Origin: a virus | IMG/VR virus record: IMGVR_UViG_3300009481_000002 | Coordinates: 1 to 37,652 of that record | Direction: 5' to 3' (one strand) | Length of the DNA: 37,652 nt | Shown: positions 23,422 to 32,692 of the stretch, piece by piece | Layout: each line of letters starts with the position of its first letter | How positions within the stretch are numbered: position 1 is the stretch's first letter | The notes under the pieces: model-generated | What the model was told of the DNA's origin: nothing | Database searches by the model: none | The model's input: only the letters and a program-made list of their open reading frames with translations | Position numbers and translations under genes: made by a program

Positions 23422-24351
23422 TTACACTCCTCTGTATACAGAAGTTTGTGTCTTCCCACCTGAACGCATCCAATACAAAGGATACTGAGAGTCTAACCTA
23501 GTAGCTTCAGCGCTTATCCTACCGTCACGCAACGCTCGAAGATCACGCATAGAAGCAGACACAGCCCCAGAAGGAACCTCATCTGCTCTACGACTAGACC
23601 CTTGCTCGTCAATAAATTCTCGTCGAACAGGTCGAGTAGACATCAACCTAAGAGCAGCCCCTAAAGAAGGCAAATCATACGCTGATGCGTGCAACCCAAC
23701 CGTGCTTAACGCAGTAGAAGTAGCAGCTAAAGCAGCAAAATCTGTTTTGTACTGGACTCGTACTGATTGACCAGCCCAGCCATCATCATGCAACACCAAA
23801 GCGTACCCTGAAGCAAATGAACTAGTGTTACGGTCACGGCGCAAAGTCCATGAAGCAATCACAGGTTCAGACGCTTCAGAACCAACATCAGAATACGTTA
23901 CCTGATAAATAGAAAGAACGTCATCAGTCACACCTGTTAAATCGTAACCGTCTTGCGCTTGATTAAACGTAAACTCAACAGTTTTCATTTGATACAAACC
24001 GTTTTGCGGTGACGACAAATCAGCCAACTCGTCGTTAATAGCGTTTAATACAAGCTGTGCAGGGAACTTAGGGTTAACAGTCACCAAATCACCTGCGCTA
24101 TGAGCAGCAGCAGTAGTGCCTCTAAACCCACGCTTAACAGTAGCGTTATTAGTTGTAGCGTTCATACTAAACACGTACATTAACTCAGTGCCTATTTCAA
24201 TAATCGACCCAACTACAATACCAGCAGTATCATGCGTAAAATTAACAGTCGTTTCGCTATCATTTAACGCCGTCCCTAACGTGTCATGCTCTTCAACATA
24301 ATCTGTCAACAATAAATTTTTTGTTTCATCAATCCACGTTTGAGCCGTCAT
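23422..24351 (-). CDS. Tail/virion structural protein (309 aa)
   Basis: Track ORF. VKRGFRGTTAAAHSAGDLV resembles the RGxxGTxAxxHxxG motif common in phage tail proteins. It shows TAATG coupling to the upstream gene. Confidence 0.45.
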   Translation of the reverse strand: MTAQTWIDETKNLLLTDYVEEHDTLGTALNDSETTVNFTHDTAGIVVGSIIEIGTELMYVFSMNATTNNATVKRGFRGTTAAAHSAGDLVTVNPKFPAQLVLNAINDELADLSSPQNGLYQMKTVEFTFNQAQDGYDLTGVTDDVLSIYQVTYSDVGSEASEPVIASWTLRRDRNTSSFASGYALVLHDDGWAGQSVRVQYKTDFAALAATSTALSTVGLHASAYDLPSLGAALRLMSTRPVRREFIDEQGSSRRADEVPSGAVSASMRDLRALRDGRISAEATRLDSQYPLYWMRSGGKTQTSVYRGV

Positions 24352-24740
24352 TATACTCCAATGTCATTTAAGAACTTTTCGTTCTCTCGTCTGCTGTAAT
24401 CACTGGAATAAATATGTCCCGTATTAACTTCGTTCTTAGTTTCAGCGTGCTGTTCTAAATGAGCTGAACCGTTAATCTTTGGAGGTTGCACACCGCTTTG
24501 ACGCAACCGCTTATACGCAGCCATATCAGCATCCTTCGCCCGATCAGCTTTCTTCGTTGCTTCTAAATCAATAACAGAATTACGAGACGGCGTAGCAGAA
24601 GGCGCAATGTTTACACCTGAAATAAGTTTGCTCATTTCTTTGCCACAATCAACGCAATGAAACGAATGCTCAATGTCAAAACCATGTATAATTTCTTCCA
24701 CGTTTCCGCACCGTTTACATTTGTAATCGTATCTAGGCAC
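24351..24740 (-). CDS. FmdB-type zinc-ribbon protein (129 aa from GTG 24740)
   Basis: The N-terminus (M)PRYDYKCKRCG...FHCVDCG matches the FmdB-family pattern. GGAGG lies 9 nt upstream of the GTG. Confidence 0.55.
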   Translation of the reverse strand: MPRYDYKCKRCGNVEEIIHGFDIEHSFHCVDCGKEMSKLISGVNIAPSATPSRNSVIDLEATKKADRAKDADMAAYKRLRQSGVQPPKINGSAHLEQHAETKNEVNTGHIYSSDYSRRENEKFLNDIGV

Positions 24741-25542
24741 TTCCAACTACCTCCGTACTATACCCAGCAGTAGCTAATGCGCTCAATTCGCTATCCGTTA
24801 AATCAGTAGGGGATTCATGCCCACCATATAACGTTCTTGAAACTGTACTCATATCTGCCGGTTGTCTGGTCGTTACCGACCCATCGTTTAATATAAATAT
24901 ATTACGCCCTTTTGCTGTCGGAGTATAGAATCTCCGCAGGTTCCTTCTAGGGTTGATAATTGGATACGGCGGTATATCTAACGGTGACAATATATTCTCA
25001 GTCACAGGCACATATCTAAGGTTAAACAAAAGTTCTTCAATAGACGTTGTTGCCTCTATAAGACTAGCCGATATTTCTTGGCTTACACTAAGCACAGGAG
25101 ACGGAACTGTAGACGTTGTAGCCACCACCGCAGGTGCAATACTAGCTGTCCCTGAAATCGTCGCAGAAGGCGTTGTAGCAGCCCCAGCGATCACTCCAGC
25201 AGCGATACTAGCTGTACCTGAAATAGTCGCTGACGGCGTAGCGCCAACACCAGCAATCACACTAGGAGCTAGGTTCGCTGCCCCTGAAATAGTTGCTAAT
25301 GGCATGGTGGCAGCAGTCGCTACCACACTAGGAGCTACATTACCTGTCCCTGTGACAGTTGGTGCAGGTGCAGTTGTTGATGCTGCAATTACCGCAACGG
25401 CAGCATTCGCAAAGGCTGTCACGGTTACAGCCGGAACACTGGCAGCGCAGGCTATTGTTGAGGGGCTTACGGTTACGGTTGATTGCCGGTAAGCGCCTGA
25501 GTTTCTGTAGGCGGTTGAGGTACGGTATGCTATGCCAGCCAC
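24733..25542 (-). CDS. Tail protein with tandem 22-aa A/T/S/V/P repeats (269 aa)
   Basis: Track ORF. The repeats are TPSATISGTASIAAGVIAGAAT, TPSATISGTASIAPAVVATTST and so on. Confidence 0.6.
   Translation of the reverse strand: MAGIAYRTSTAYRNSGAYRQSTVTVSPSTIACAASVPAVTVTAFANAAVAVIAASTTAPAPTVTGTGNVAPSVVATAATMPLATISGAANLAPSVIAGVGATPSATISGTASIAAGVIAGAATTPSATISGTASIAPAVVATTSTVPSPVLSVSQEISASLIEATTSIEELLFNLRYVPVTENILSPLDIPPYPIINPRRNLRRFYTPTAKGRNIFILNDGSVTTRQPADMSTVSRTLYGGHESPTDLTDSELSALATAGYSTEVVGSA
25093..25476 (-). repeat. Tandem 66-nt (22-codon) repeats inside the 269-aa tail gene
   Basis: The DNA units ...atactagctgtccctgaaatcgtcgc... and ...atactagctgtacctgaaatagtcgc... recur with a 66-nt period. 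Five to six degenerate copies are visible in the protein. Confidence 0.7.
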
Positions 25543-25546
25543 GCAC

Positions 25547-27283
25547 TTACCCCTCCAATGAAGCTACTCTTGCTTCCAGTTCTTGTATAGCCTTAACTAT
25601 AGGAGCTATAAGCTGATGATAACGCAATCCTTGTCCTTCAGGAAAAGTCTTTTCACCCATACCATCAACATCTGCCGTTTCTTCTGGGTTGTTTATCCAT
25701 ACTCCCCTATTAGAAGCTTCATTTCCTAATGCCGTAGCTACTTCTTGAGAAATAAACCCCATGTGGGTTCTTGTCCCTTCGTAACCGCTTCTCATATTCC
25801 ATCTATAATTAACTGGCCGTAACGATTTAACAAAATCAAGACCTAAATCTATATCAACAATATCTGTTTTATCTCTTTGGTCAGATATATTAACAGTTCC
25901 ACTAGTTGCATATATGTTATCCCAACGATATGCGCTGCTGCTATAGCCAAGGTTTCTAGCATCGTCTGTAATAGGCATCCATGCACCAGTATTAGCGAAA
26001 AAATACGCTGCGTTATACATGCCGATGTACACTCTAGCTAGCTCAGAATAAATATGAGTACCATTAGCGTTCATTGCACCAATGTGTGTGTACCCATCAG
26101 CGTTATCAATTTTCAAAACATCGCCGTAATTAGTGAGCCAACAACCAGTACCGTTAATATAAGTATTCCCAGTAAGTTTCGTGTTGTTAATGTCTACATA
26201 GCCGTCGTCTGAACGTATGTAAATGTTTGAAGTGTCTGACGTTGCCTCTGGGTAACCCATGTAGCCTTTACGATCCACAGAACCATCAGCTAATCTATTC
26301 CAAAAAGAAATGTAAGGACGACCAGTACCGTTTTCATATAACAGCAATCTGTCGTTATTTGTTGGTTGCGCTCTTACATGTTGGGATGAAGTTCCAAAAA
26401 ACCAATCCCCATCAGACTGCAATTCCCCACGTTCAACACCAGCAGTAGACCAATTAATAGTATCATCACCTGACGACCACATCCCAGTGTTATTATCACC
26501 GTCAAAAACATACGCAGGATACGAAGCAGACCCTTGCGTTCCGTAAACATAATTAATATGTCCTAATTGAAATTTCTTGGCAGTAGTCCCTAAATCAGTT
26601 ACATCATTATCTGCTGGGTATAAAGCATCAGCATCCATTAGCAACACATCAGTAGGTAAATCAGCATGGTCAGTTTCAAAATCAGCTTGCCATCTAAAAA
26701 TAATTCCAGTGCTGCCAATCTCTACTGCGCCTGCCTGCGGTAAACTATTAATATCTAAATGATGCCAAGCGCTATCAGTCCCACGTTCAAAGTTCCACGC
26801 CATAGTAGTTCTATAAGAACCCTGCGTACCTATAGAACCAAAAGCACCTAACGCAATAGTTGAATCATTCCAAGGCTCTTGCGTAAAAGAACTTTGACCT
26901 GTCTGCATTTTAGCAGTAGCAAATATAGGGCCAGCATTAACAATCAACGCATCAGCCGACTCATCCCAAAGCATATAAGAACCAGACGTAGCGCCAAAAA
27001 ACTTCACATCATGACCAGTATCATCAACACCAACAGTCACCGCACCCTTAAACGTAGGAGAAGTATCCCACCCAGACGTGCCAGAACCAGTACCCATAAG
27101 CACAGCATCAGCAACAGCATTAGAATCACCAGTACCCAACTTCGTCTCTAACGCAATAATCGCACCAGAATGATTCGTATGAACAACATCATGCTCCTTA
27201 CCAGAATCATCCATCTCATCCGAAGAAGCAATCGTCGGCTGCTGAGTCGAAGAATCTAAACTACTAGGGAAATTTGTAGCCAT
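25547..27283 (-). CDS. Tail fibre/spike 2 with a C-terminal S74-type intramolecular chaperone domain (578 aa)
   Basis: The C-terminal 112 aa start SDQRDKTDIVDIDLGLDFVKSLRPVNYRWN and end ...IAPIVKAIQELEARVASLEG. The N-terminus is homologous to the 365-aa fibre. Confidence 0.75.
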   Translation of the reverse strand: MATNFPSSLDSSTQQPTIASSDEMDDSGKEHDVVHTNHSGAIIALETKLGTGDSNAVADAVLMGTGSGTSGWDTSPTFKGAVTVGVDDTGHDVKFFGATSGSYMLWDESADALIVNAGPIFATAKMQTGQSSFTQEPWNDSTIALGAFGSIGTQGSYRTTMAWNFERGTDSAWHHLDINSLPQAGAVEIGSTGIIFRWQADFETDHADLPTDVLLMDADALYPADNDVTDLGTTAKKFQLGHINYVYGTQGSASYPAYVFDGDNNTGMWSSGDDTINWSTAGVERGELQSDGDWFFGTSSQHVRAQPTNNDRLLLYENGTGRPYISFWNRLADGSVDRKGYMGYPEATSDTSNIYIRSDDGYVDINNTKLTGNTYINGTGCWLTNYGDVLKIDNADGYTHIGAMNANGTHIYSELARVYIGMYNAAYFFANTGAWMPITDDARNLGYSSSAYRWDNIYATSGTVNISDQRDKTDIVDIDLGLDFVKSLRPVNYRWNMRSGYEGTRTHMGFISQEVATALGNEASNRGVWINNPEETADVDGMGEKTFPEGQGLRYHQLIAPIVKAIQELEARVASLEG

Positions 27284-27292
27284 ACAAAACCC

Positions 27293-27538
27293 CTATTCTT
27301 CTCCGTAAAGAATCTCCTCAGGCTGAGTCTTACGACCAACCAACGAGAACGAACTATCTCCAACTTTAGTAGCAGCCCAACCTTTAAGAACAGATAACAC
27401 GGCAGCAAAACCAGAAGCTACAACAAGTTTCCAGTTGCTTACGCCCATCTCAAGGAAGGAGTTACCACTGATCGTGGCTACTGCTGCTTGTACAAACGTC
27501 GCTCCGCAGCGTTCAAGTAAATCTAGATATTCTTTCAT
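27293..27538 (-). CDS. Holin, r1t-like (81 aa from ATG 27538)
   Basis: ERCGATFVQAAVATI...WKLVVASGFAAVLSVLKGWA resembles actinophage r1t-type holins. It shows an ATGA overlap with the endolysin stop. Confidence 0.65.
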   Translation of the reverse strand: MKEYLDLLERCGATFVQAAVATISGNSFLEMGVSNWKLVVASGFAAVLSVLKGWAATKVGDSSFSLVGRKTQPEEILYGEE

Positions 27539-28260
27539 TTTCTCAATAAAGCCTTCCAAGTATTAGGACCAACAATCCCATCAACATATAATAGACGACG
27601 CTTCTGAAACTCCACAACAGCCTTATGCGTAAGCCTTCCAAAATCTCCATCAACTTTGTACCGATACAACCCCTTATTACCAAGAAGCCCCTGAACTACC
27701 TTCACAGGCTGCCCCTTAGAACCCTTCTTCAATGGGTGTCGTCGAATCAAATCTTCTATCTCAGCTAACGCAGCGCCAATACCCTTAAGGTCTTGCTTAA
27801 CTTTTTTCTTAGCTTTCGTTCCCTTCAAAGCCGGAGCATCAAACCACTGAATCTTGCCCTTAACTACCTTGCAAGGTTGGTGATGCCACCACTCTCCTCT
27901 AACGTATGCAACCATACCATAAGATTTAGCTATAGCGTTCACTTGAGAAGTACTGATACCACGCCCAGTAATTCTAAAGTCAACGGCATAACCCCAACTA
28001 TCAAACGCTGGTTGCTGCATGTGATACGAACCCTGAAAACCTGACGCTGTTTTACGGTCAGGGTTAGCAGCTAAATTAAAACCTGCCCTGCCACTTTTGT
28101 ACCCGTCGTACAAGTATTTTTGTTGTGCGTAAGTACGCACAGCAGATACCACCTTGACACGGCCAGAAATTCTGTCGTCAGCAAAGAACGCTTCTAACCT
28201 GCGTTTAAACTCAGGGTGTAAAAGTTTAGTATTTATGCTACTGTTCGTCGTCGGTATCAT
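27535..28260 (-). CDS. Endolysin with a peptidase M15 (VanY-like) catalytic domain and a PG_binding_1 domain (241 aa)
   Basis: SAVRTYAQQ, SYHMQ...WGYAVDF and GEWWHH fit the zinc-peptidase M15 motifs. The C-terminal VQGLLGNKG...DGDFGRLTHKAVVEFQ...VDGIVGPNTWKAL fits a peptidoglycan-binding repeat. Confidence 0.75.
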   Translation of the reverse strand: MIPTTNSSINTKLLHPEFKRRLEAFFADDRISGRVKVVSAVRTYAQQKYLYDGYKSGRAGFNLAANPDRKTASGFQGSYHMQQPAFDSWGYAVDFRITGRGISTSQVNAIAKSYGMVAYVRGEWWHHQPCKVVKGKIQWFDAPALKGTKAKKKVKQDLKGIGAALAEIEDLIRRHPLKKGSKGQPVKVVQGLLGNKGLYRYKVDGDFGRLTHKAVVEFQKRRLLYVDGIVGPNTWKALLRK

Positions 28261-28372
28261 TTTCTGGTGGCTCTTGCAACTTTCTGTTTTGTAGTGTCAA
28301 CGCACAAATTGTTAATTCTTTAGGAAATTGTCTTTCTACTTCTTGAAGTAACTCTACTGGGCTGATTTCCAT
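28238..28372 (-). CDS. Possible 44-aa ORF between fibre 1 and the endolysin
   Basis: Found by hand. Its ATG lies 2 nt after the fibre stop, and it overlaps the endolysin start by 23 nt. Confidence 0.3.
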   Translation of the reverse strand: MEISPVELLQEVERQFPKELTICALTLQNRKLQEPPENDTDDEQ

Positions 28373-28374
28373 TA

Positions 28375-29472
28375 TTATCCTTCCAACTCTTTTAAGCGGT
28401 CATTCATATCTTTAATTATTTTAATTAAAGGAGTAACTAACATTTGATAATGAACTGAACGAGGAGTTTCTGTGCCAGCATCATACCCTACAGCGTATGT
28501 CCAACCAGAATCATGAACACTTTCAGCAGATAAACCAGCTTCTAAAGGAGCAGAAGAATCATCATCTAAACCCCTGTACTTAATAGGTCTAGCATCAAGA
28601 ACTTTATAAGCCTCTTCCGTAGAAAGATCTTCAATATCTTTTTTCCATCTAACGCTAGAAGTCCATTCTTTAATAGATCCGTCACTATCCATTCTAACTA
28701 AAGCAGCGTACCCTCCAGAACTTGCTGTAGGCAAAGCAGTATCTAACACAAGTTTGCCAGTAAGAGCTACTGTGTTTGTACCTATATCTGTAGCTAAACT
28801 AAAACCAGTATCAGTATCATTTTGAAAACTATAAGAAAGCCCACCACCAGCTCGACCATCCGCAGCAAGAATTGGTTGACCATGAATCGTCGATTGGCCA
28901 AAGCTAACTGTTTTATCTGACTTAATAGTCATAGCAGTTGACGGCGTTTGAGAACCAGCAGCAGTTACCAAAAACATTAATTCAGTAGGCATAGAACTTC
29001 CGCTAGGTGTGCCATTTACTTGCGCCCTAATCTGCGCTCCATTAGCCCAACTATCCCCGTCATAGCCTTGGAACATAATCTTTCCAAGAATAGCGTCATC
29101 ATCAACAAGCGCCGGAGAAGCCTTAGACCCATCTGATTTACGCAACGTCAACTCAGCAGCAGTCGCCTCAGTATTATGATGAGAAGTTAAATTAATAACC
29201 GCATCAGCAGAATCTTTAGCAACCGACAAAGAACCAATAATTGACGGATCAGAAGTCCACGTAGACGTACCAGAACCAGTACCATGTAACACAGTACCGT
29301 CAGCACAAGTAGTATCTCCAATGCCTAACTTTTCTTCAATTTGAACAATCGCCGTATTCGTAACCTCATGCATATCAGCATGATTAGGTGAATTAAGATT
29401 AGCAGTTTCAGAAATACTACTAGGGAGAGTCCCTGTACCATCTAAACTACTTGGATAAGATGTTGCAGCCAT
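28375..29472 (-). CDS. Tail fibre/spike 1 with a C-terminal S74-type chaperone domain (365 aa)
   Basis: The C-terminus runs SSVRWKKDIEDLSTEEAYKVLDARPIKYRG...LVTPLIKIIKDMNDRLKELEG. The N-terminal ~85 aa are paralogous to fibre 2. Confidence 0.7.
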   Translation of the reverse strand: MAATSYPSSLDGTGTLPSSISETANLNSPNHADMHEVTNTAIVQIEEKLGIGDTTCADGTVLHGTGSGTSTWTSDPSIIGSLSVAKDSADAVINLTSHHNTEATAAELTLRKSDGSKASPALVDDDAILGKIMFQGYDGDSWANGAQIRAQVNGTPSGSSMPTELMFLVTAAGSQTPSTAMTIKSDKTVSFGQSTIHGQPILAADGRAGGGLSYSFQNDTDTGFSLATDIGTNTVALTGKLVLDTALPTASSGGYAALVRMDSDGSIKEWTSSVRWKKDIEDLSTEEAYKVLDARPIKYRGLDDDSSAPLEAGLSAESVHDSGWTYAVGYDAGTETPRSVHYQMLVTPLIKIIKDMNDRLKELEG

Positions 29473-29480
29473 TCACCCTC

Positions 29481-29909
29481 CTACGGGGTTAAATCAATAG
29501 TAAAAATACCACCGGCATTAAACGCAATAGTAAACGTACCATTAGTGGAAGAATAATTAGCGCCAAAATCAATGTACGCAATAAGAGGATCATCAGTTAA
29601 AGAATCGTCATAAATCACAGCGCCTCTAGCGTCTGTAATCGTCGCAGATGACCATGACGTATCGGCAGCATCAAACTTAATAGTGCCACCTGTCTGAGTT
29701 AAAGCCAAACTACTTAACGTATTACCACCAGCAGTATAATTAGTTCCAGAAATTTCATTACTTACATCAGCTTTAAAATCGTGCGCTCCAAAATCAGGCG
29801 TATACGACGACGTAACTAACATTATTTTAATAGTGTCGCTGTCTAAATCTAACGCAAGAGTATTTTTTAAAGCGTTTAGGAACGTTATCCCATAAAGTCC
29901 GCTAGCCAT
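29481..29909 (-). CDS. Virion structural protein (142 aa) downstream of the MCP
   Basis: Track ORF with the SD AAGGAG. The protein looks beta-rich. Its role (decoration or connector) is unknown. Confidence 0.55.
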   Translation of the reverse strand: MASGLYGITFLNALKNTLALDLDSDTIKIMLVTSSYTPDFGAHDFKADVSNEISGTNYTAGGNTLSSLALTQTGGTIKFDAADTSWSSATITDARGAVIYDDSLTDDPLIAYIDFGANYSSTNGTFTIAFNAGGIFTIDLTP

Positions 29910-30014
29910 CAGCGTTCTCCTTATCAGTTACAACACTGGCTTGTATCGTCTCAGCAGTTATAACCACATCTACTTGTTCGTCTTCCATAACCGTTAATAA
30001 TAATATACTAACAC

Positions 30015-30062
30015 ATTAAAAGATAGAGGGAAGGCCAACCTCCCAGTAAAGTTAGCCTTCCC
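30015..30062 (-). terminator. Rho-independent terminator after the major capsid gene
   Basis: On the minus strand GGGAAGGCUAAC pairs with GUUGGCCUUCCC (12 bp with one G-U; the same position is a C-A mismatch on the plus strand). UCUAUCUUUUAAU follows. Confidence 0.7.
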
Positions 30063-30081
30063 AAACTATCGTTAGGAGCTA

Positions 30082-31020
30082 TTAGTTAGCGCCTATTGAG
30101 GATGAAGATTCAATCCTTCTGATGGATGCTTCACGGAATCGTGAGTACCCAACAAGGTGATACCAGCCAACGTGGTTGAAACGTCGGAGGAGATCAGTTG
30201 TAGGACCAAATACGACACTGGGGTCTTCACCAAATCCGGCTGCACGGCTAACGGCTTTTGCCATAGCTTGCTTACCACAGATAATGGTTTCATACTCGTC
30301 AACATTAGAATCACCAGCGTTTGTACCAATGTCCAAACGTGGGGTTTCAATGAAGTCAACACCACCATAAACACCAATGCTACCTGTTCGGATAGCGCCA
30401 GCGTCTTGCTGGTTTTGGTGTGCGATTACGTCAGTTACCGTAGTAGCATTTCGTAAATCGTAGGAAACGTCAGGGTGGATAAATCCAACGTAAACGCCTC
30501 CATCAAAAGTAGGTGCAGATGCAGCACGGGCATTAGCAACAGCTTTACGGACAAGAGCAGCGGTCATAATATCGCCTGCTGCTAGTTCTCCTGTAGCTGT
30601 GGCATCGCCACCGTACAGCACGTTGCTTCCAGCGACAAGAATACCGTGAACGATATTGTCGAGGCTGTTGGCCATGTTGTAACCGATAATGTTCGCAGCG
30701 TCAGCGTCTACGTTTAAGAAGCTGGTTCCACGAAGTTTAGCGGTTGTGGTGACAGCGTTACCATATTCAGCAAGAGTTACAGTAACCGTTGAATCACCAA
30801 GCGCAACAGCAGTTACGTCACTGGTTTCAGTGAGAGCTGATGTAGCTTGAGAAAGGTCACTATAAATGTTGAATTGGACGCTAGCACCTGCATGAGACTG
30901 GTTGGTTGACTTTACGTCACATACCATCTCAAACATAGGTTGTGAACGGAGAGCAAAGTACGCCAACTGCTCAAATGCAGCGGTGTCTGAACTAACCGAA
31001 CTTGCTTGTGTATATGCCAT
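30082..31020 (-). CDS. Major capsid protein (312 aa, HK97-fold type inferred)
   Basis: It lies directly after the scaffold gene and is followed by a strong terminator. The N-terminal pattern AFEQLAYFALRSQPMFEMV...GASVQF resembles N4-gp56-type capsid proteins. Confidence 0.7.
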   Translation of the reverse strand: MAYTQASSVSSDTAAFEQLAYFALRSQPMFEMVCDVKSTNQSHAGASVQFNIYSDLSQATSALTETSDVTAVALGDSTVTVTLAEYGNAVTTTAKLRGTSFLNVDADAANIIGYNMANSLDNIVHGILVAGSNVLYGGDATATGELAAGDIMTAALVRKAVANARAASAPTFDGGVYVGFIHPDVSYDLRNATTVTDVIAHQNQQDAGAIRTGSIGVYGGVDFIETPRLDIGTNAGDSNVDEYETIICGKQAMAKAVSRAAGFGEDPSVVFGPTTDLLRRFNHVGWYHLVGYSRFREASIRRIESSSSIGAN

Positions 31021-31054
31021 TTTAGGCTATCTCCAATTTAAGTTTGGAGCCTAC

Positions 31055-31534
31055 TTACACCATTGCGTTCCAAGTACCGCCATTAGATTCCCAAATCGCC
31101 CGTAATTCCTCAGGGTTTTTAGTTTGTTTAATTAACTCAATAAGGTTAGCATCTGCCACAGGACCAGCATCATCGCCAGCTTGTTGGATTCTACGCTCCG
31201 TTTCAAACTGATCTGCTTGCGCCTGCTGCTCTGCCAAATTGCCGATACTAGCTGTAGTCGTCATAGCAGACAACCCAGCATCGTTAGCCTCAGCTTGTAT
31301 CGCTTGAACAGATAGCTCGCCTTCGTAGCCTTTCATGAAATACTCAGTCATCTTATTAGATGGATCTAAGCCAGCATCACGGAACACTTCTTTACGTTGC
31401 ATCTGCTCAACTTGCGCTTCAAGCTCAGTAGCCCTCGCAGCTTTCGCTTCAAGTTCTCTACGCCAATTTGGTTTGGATTCGGTACTAGAAACTTCTTCGG
31501 TTTCTGTAGACTCATTTTCCATTATGTCACTCAC
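31055..31534 (-). CDS. Scaffolding protein (159 aa)
   Basis: It is acidic, predicted coiled-coil (ELEAKAARATELEAQVEQMQRKE), and lies immediately upstream of the MCP. Confidence 0.6.
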   Translation of the reverse strand: MSDIMENESTETEEVSSTESKPNWRRELEAKAARATELEAQVEQMQRKEVFRDAGLDPSNKMTEYFMKGYEGELSVQAIQAEANDAGLSAMTTTASIGNLAEQQAQADQFETERRIQQAGDDAGPVADANLIELIKQTKNPEELRAIWESNGGTWNAMV

Positions 31535-31663
31535 CTCTGGTACACGCTAACAACGGTGGCATGTTAGCGGAGTTAATTTTTTTTTGTGTGTGAACGGCTC
31601 ACCCTCTTAATGGGGCAGATCACAAATATAAATATATAAAGAATTAAGGTTTGTGTCTACAAC
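31535..31663 (-). promoter_or_regulatory. AT-rich intergenic region upstream of scaffold/MCP, a candidate internal promoter with a leader hairpin
   Basis: On the minus strand it reads TTTATATATTTATATTTG, then an A9 run, then the hairpin GCTAACA-N9-TGTTAGC before the SD GAGGTGAG. It is the only large gap in the late arm. Confidence 0.35.
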
Positions 31664-32689
31664 CTAAGCTATTTGTGCAGCGCCTAGCCCAGAAGCACCA
31701 GTTTGTTGCAACAAACTACCAGCTCCAGCCTGTTGCGTCTGTTGCCTTCTTTCACGCATACGTCTAACTAAAGTAGCGTCATCAGCGTCTAAACCAAAAG
31801 CAGAAGAAGCTAACGTATCAACAGAAACACCTTGGCTTCTTAACGTAGACTGTGTTAAACCAGCGCTAGATGCTAAAGCACGCACTGAAACTGGTTGCAC
31901 ATCAGGTTGCCTAGCTAACTGTTCAGCCACACCAGTATTAAACCCTTCACCTAAAGTGCTTTTAGCTGTAGAAGATAACCCAGCAGCAGTCATTTGCAGT
32001 TTTAATTCCATTAACGGAACAGCCCTATCAGGATCTAAGAAATACGATATTAAATCTCCGTCGTCTATTTCTGGATACAACCGCCGTAACTCTTCATCTA
32101 AATTAGGATCAATTTCTGATACTGCTTGCGCTGCTAACGCTGTACGTGTAGCAAATTCTTCAGGCGAAACATCGTTACCTATAAAAGACGCAAAATCTTC
32201 AGGCGAATCATAAAAAGATTCAGGCAAACCAAATTCAGCTAAAACACTAGCGTAATTATTTTCTAATTCAAGGTATCTAGCTTCTGAAACTTGATTCAAA
32301 CCGTTTTCGCTACGAATACCCATACCAGCAAACCGATCTTTATATTCATCTGTTCCTCGTAACCGAATTTCCATTTGCTGAACTGAAAGATTTAAAGAAA
32401 CCCATTCTTTAATTTTACCTACTAAAGATAAAGGTAAATCATATTGATTTAACAAGTTCTCAAGTATGTCGTATGCTTCGTCTGCATTATATTCTGGTGT
32501 AGATGATACTGGTGTATTTGGTACTGGTGTATTTTGATCTATAAAAGGATTTGGCGCTACATACAAATCATCTTCAAAACCAGAGCCAATTGTATAATCA
32601 GTAGTATCTCCACCAACAATATCGGCTACACCAAAAGGATCATAATTTTCCAGAGCTTCTGTAGCTTCTTCTGGAACATAAAATGTCAT
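31664..32689 (-). CDS. Hypothetical virion protein (341 aa)
   Basis: Track ORF. It is part of the low-GC block. Confidence 0.6.
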   Translation of the reverse strand: MTFYVPEEATEALENYDPFGVADIVGGDTTDYTIGSGFEDDLYVAPNPFIDQNTPVPNTPVSSTPEYNADEAYDILENLLNQYDLPLSLVGKIKEWVSLNLSVQQMEIRLRGTDEYKDRFAGMGIRSENGLNQVSEARYLELENNYASVLAEFGLPESFYDSPEDFASFIGNDVSPEEFATRTALAAQAVSEIDPNLDEELRRLYPEIDDGDLISYFLDPDRAVPLMELKLQMTAAGLSSTAKSTLGEGFNTGVAEQLARQPDVQPVSVRALASSAGLTQSTLRSQGVSVDTLASSAFGLDADDATLVRRMRERRQQTQQAGAGSLLQQTGASGLGAAQIA

Positions 32690-32692
32690 TAT

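Noticed and set aside
21524-25616. There are antisense ORFs of 140-179 aa inside the tail genes (21524..22006, 22232..22654, 24953..25492, 25359..25616).
   Set aside because: They are fully nested opposite long, well-coupled minus-strand genes. There are no RBSs, and the composition is typical of shadow frames.
29902-29988. A 28-aa ORF (MEDEQVDVVITAETIQASVVTDKENADG) lies in the gap after the MCP terminator.
   Set aside because: There is no convincing SD, it is very short, and it overlaps the next gene's RBS. It cannot be supported without conservation data.
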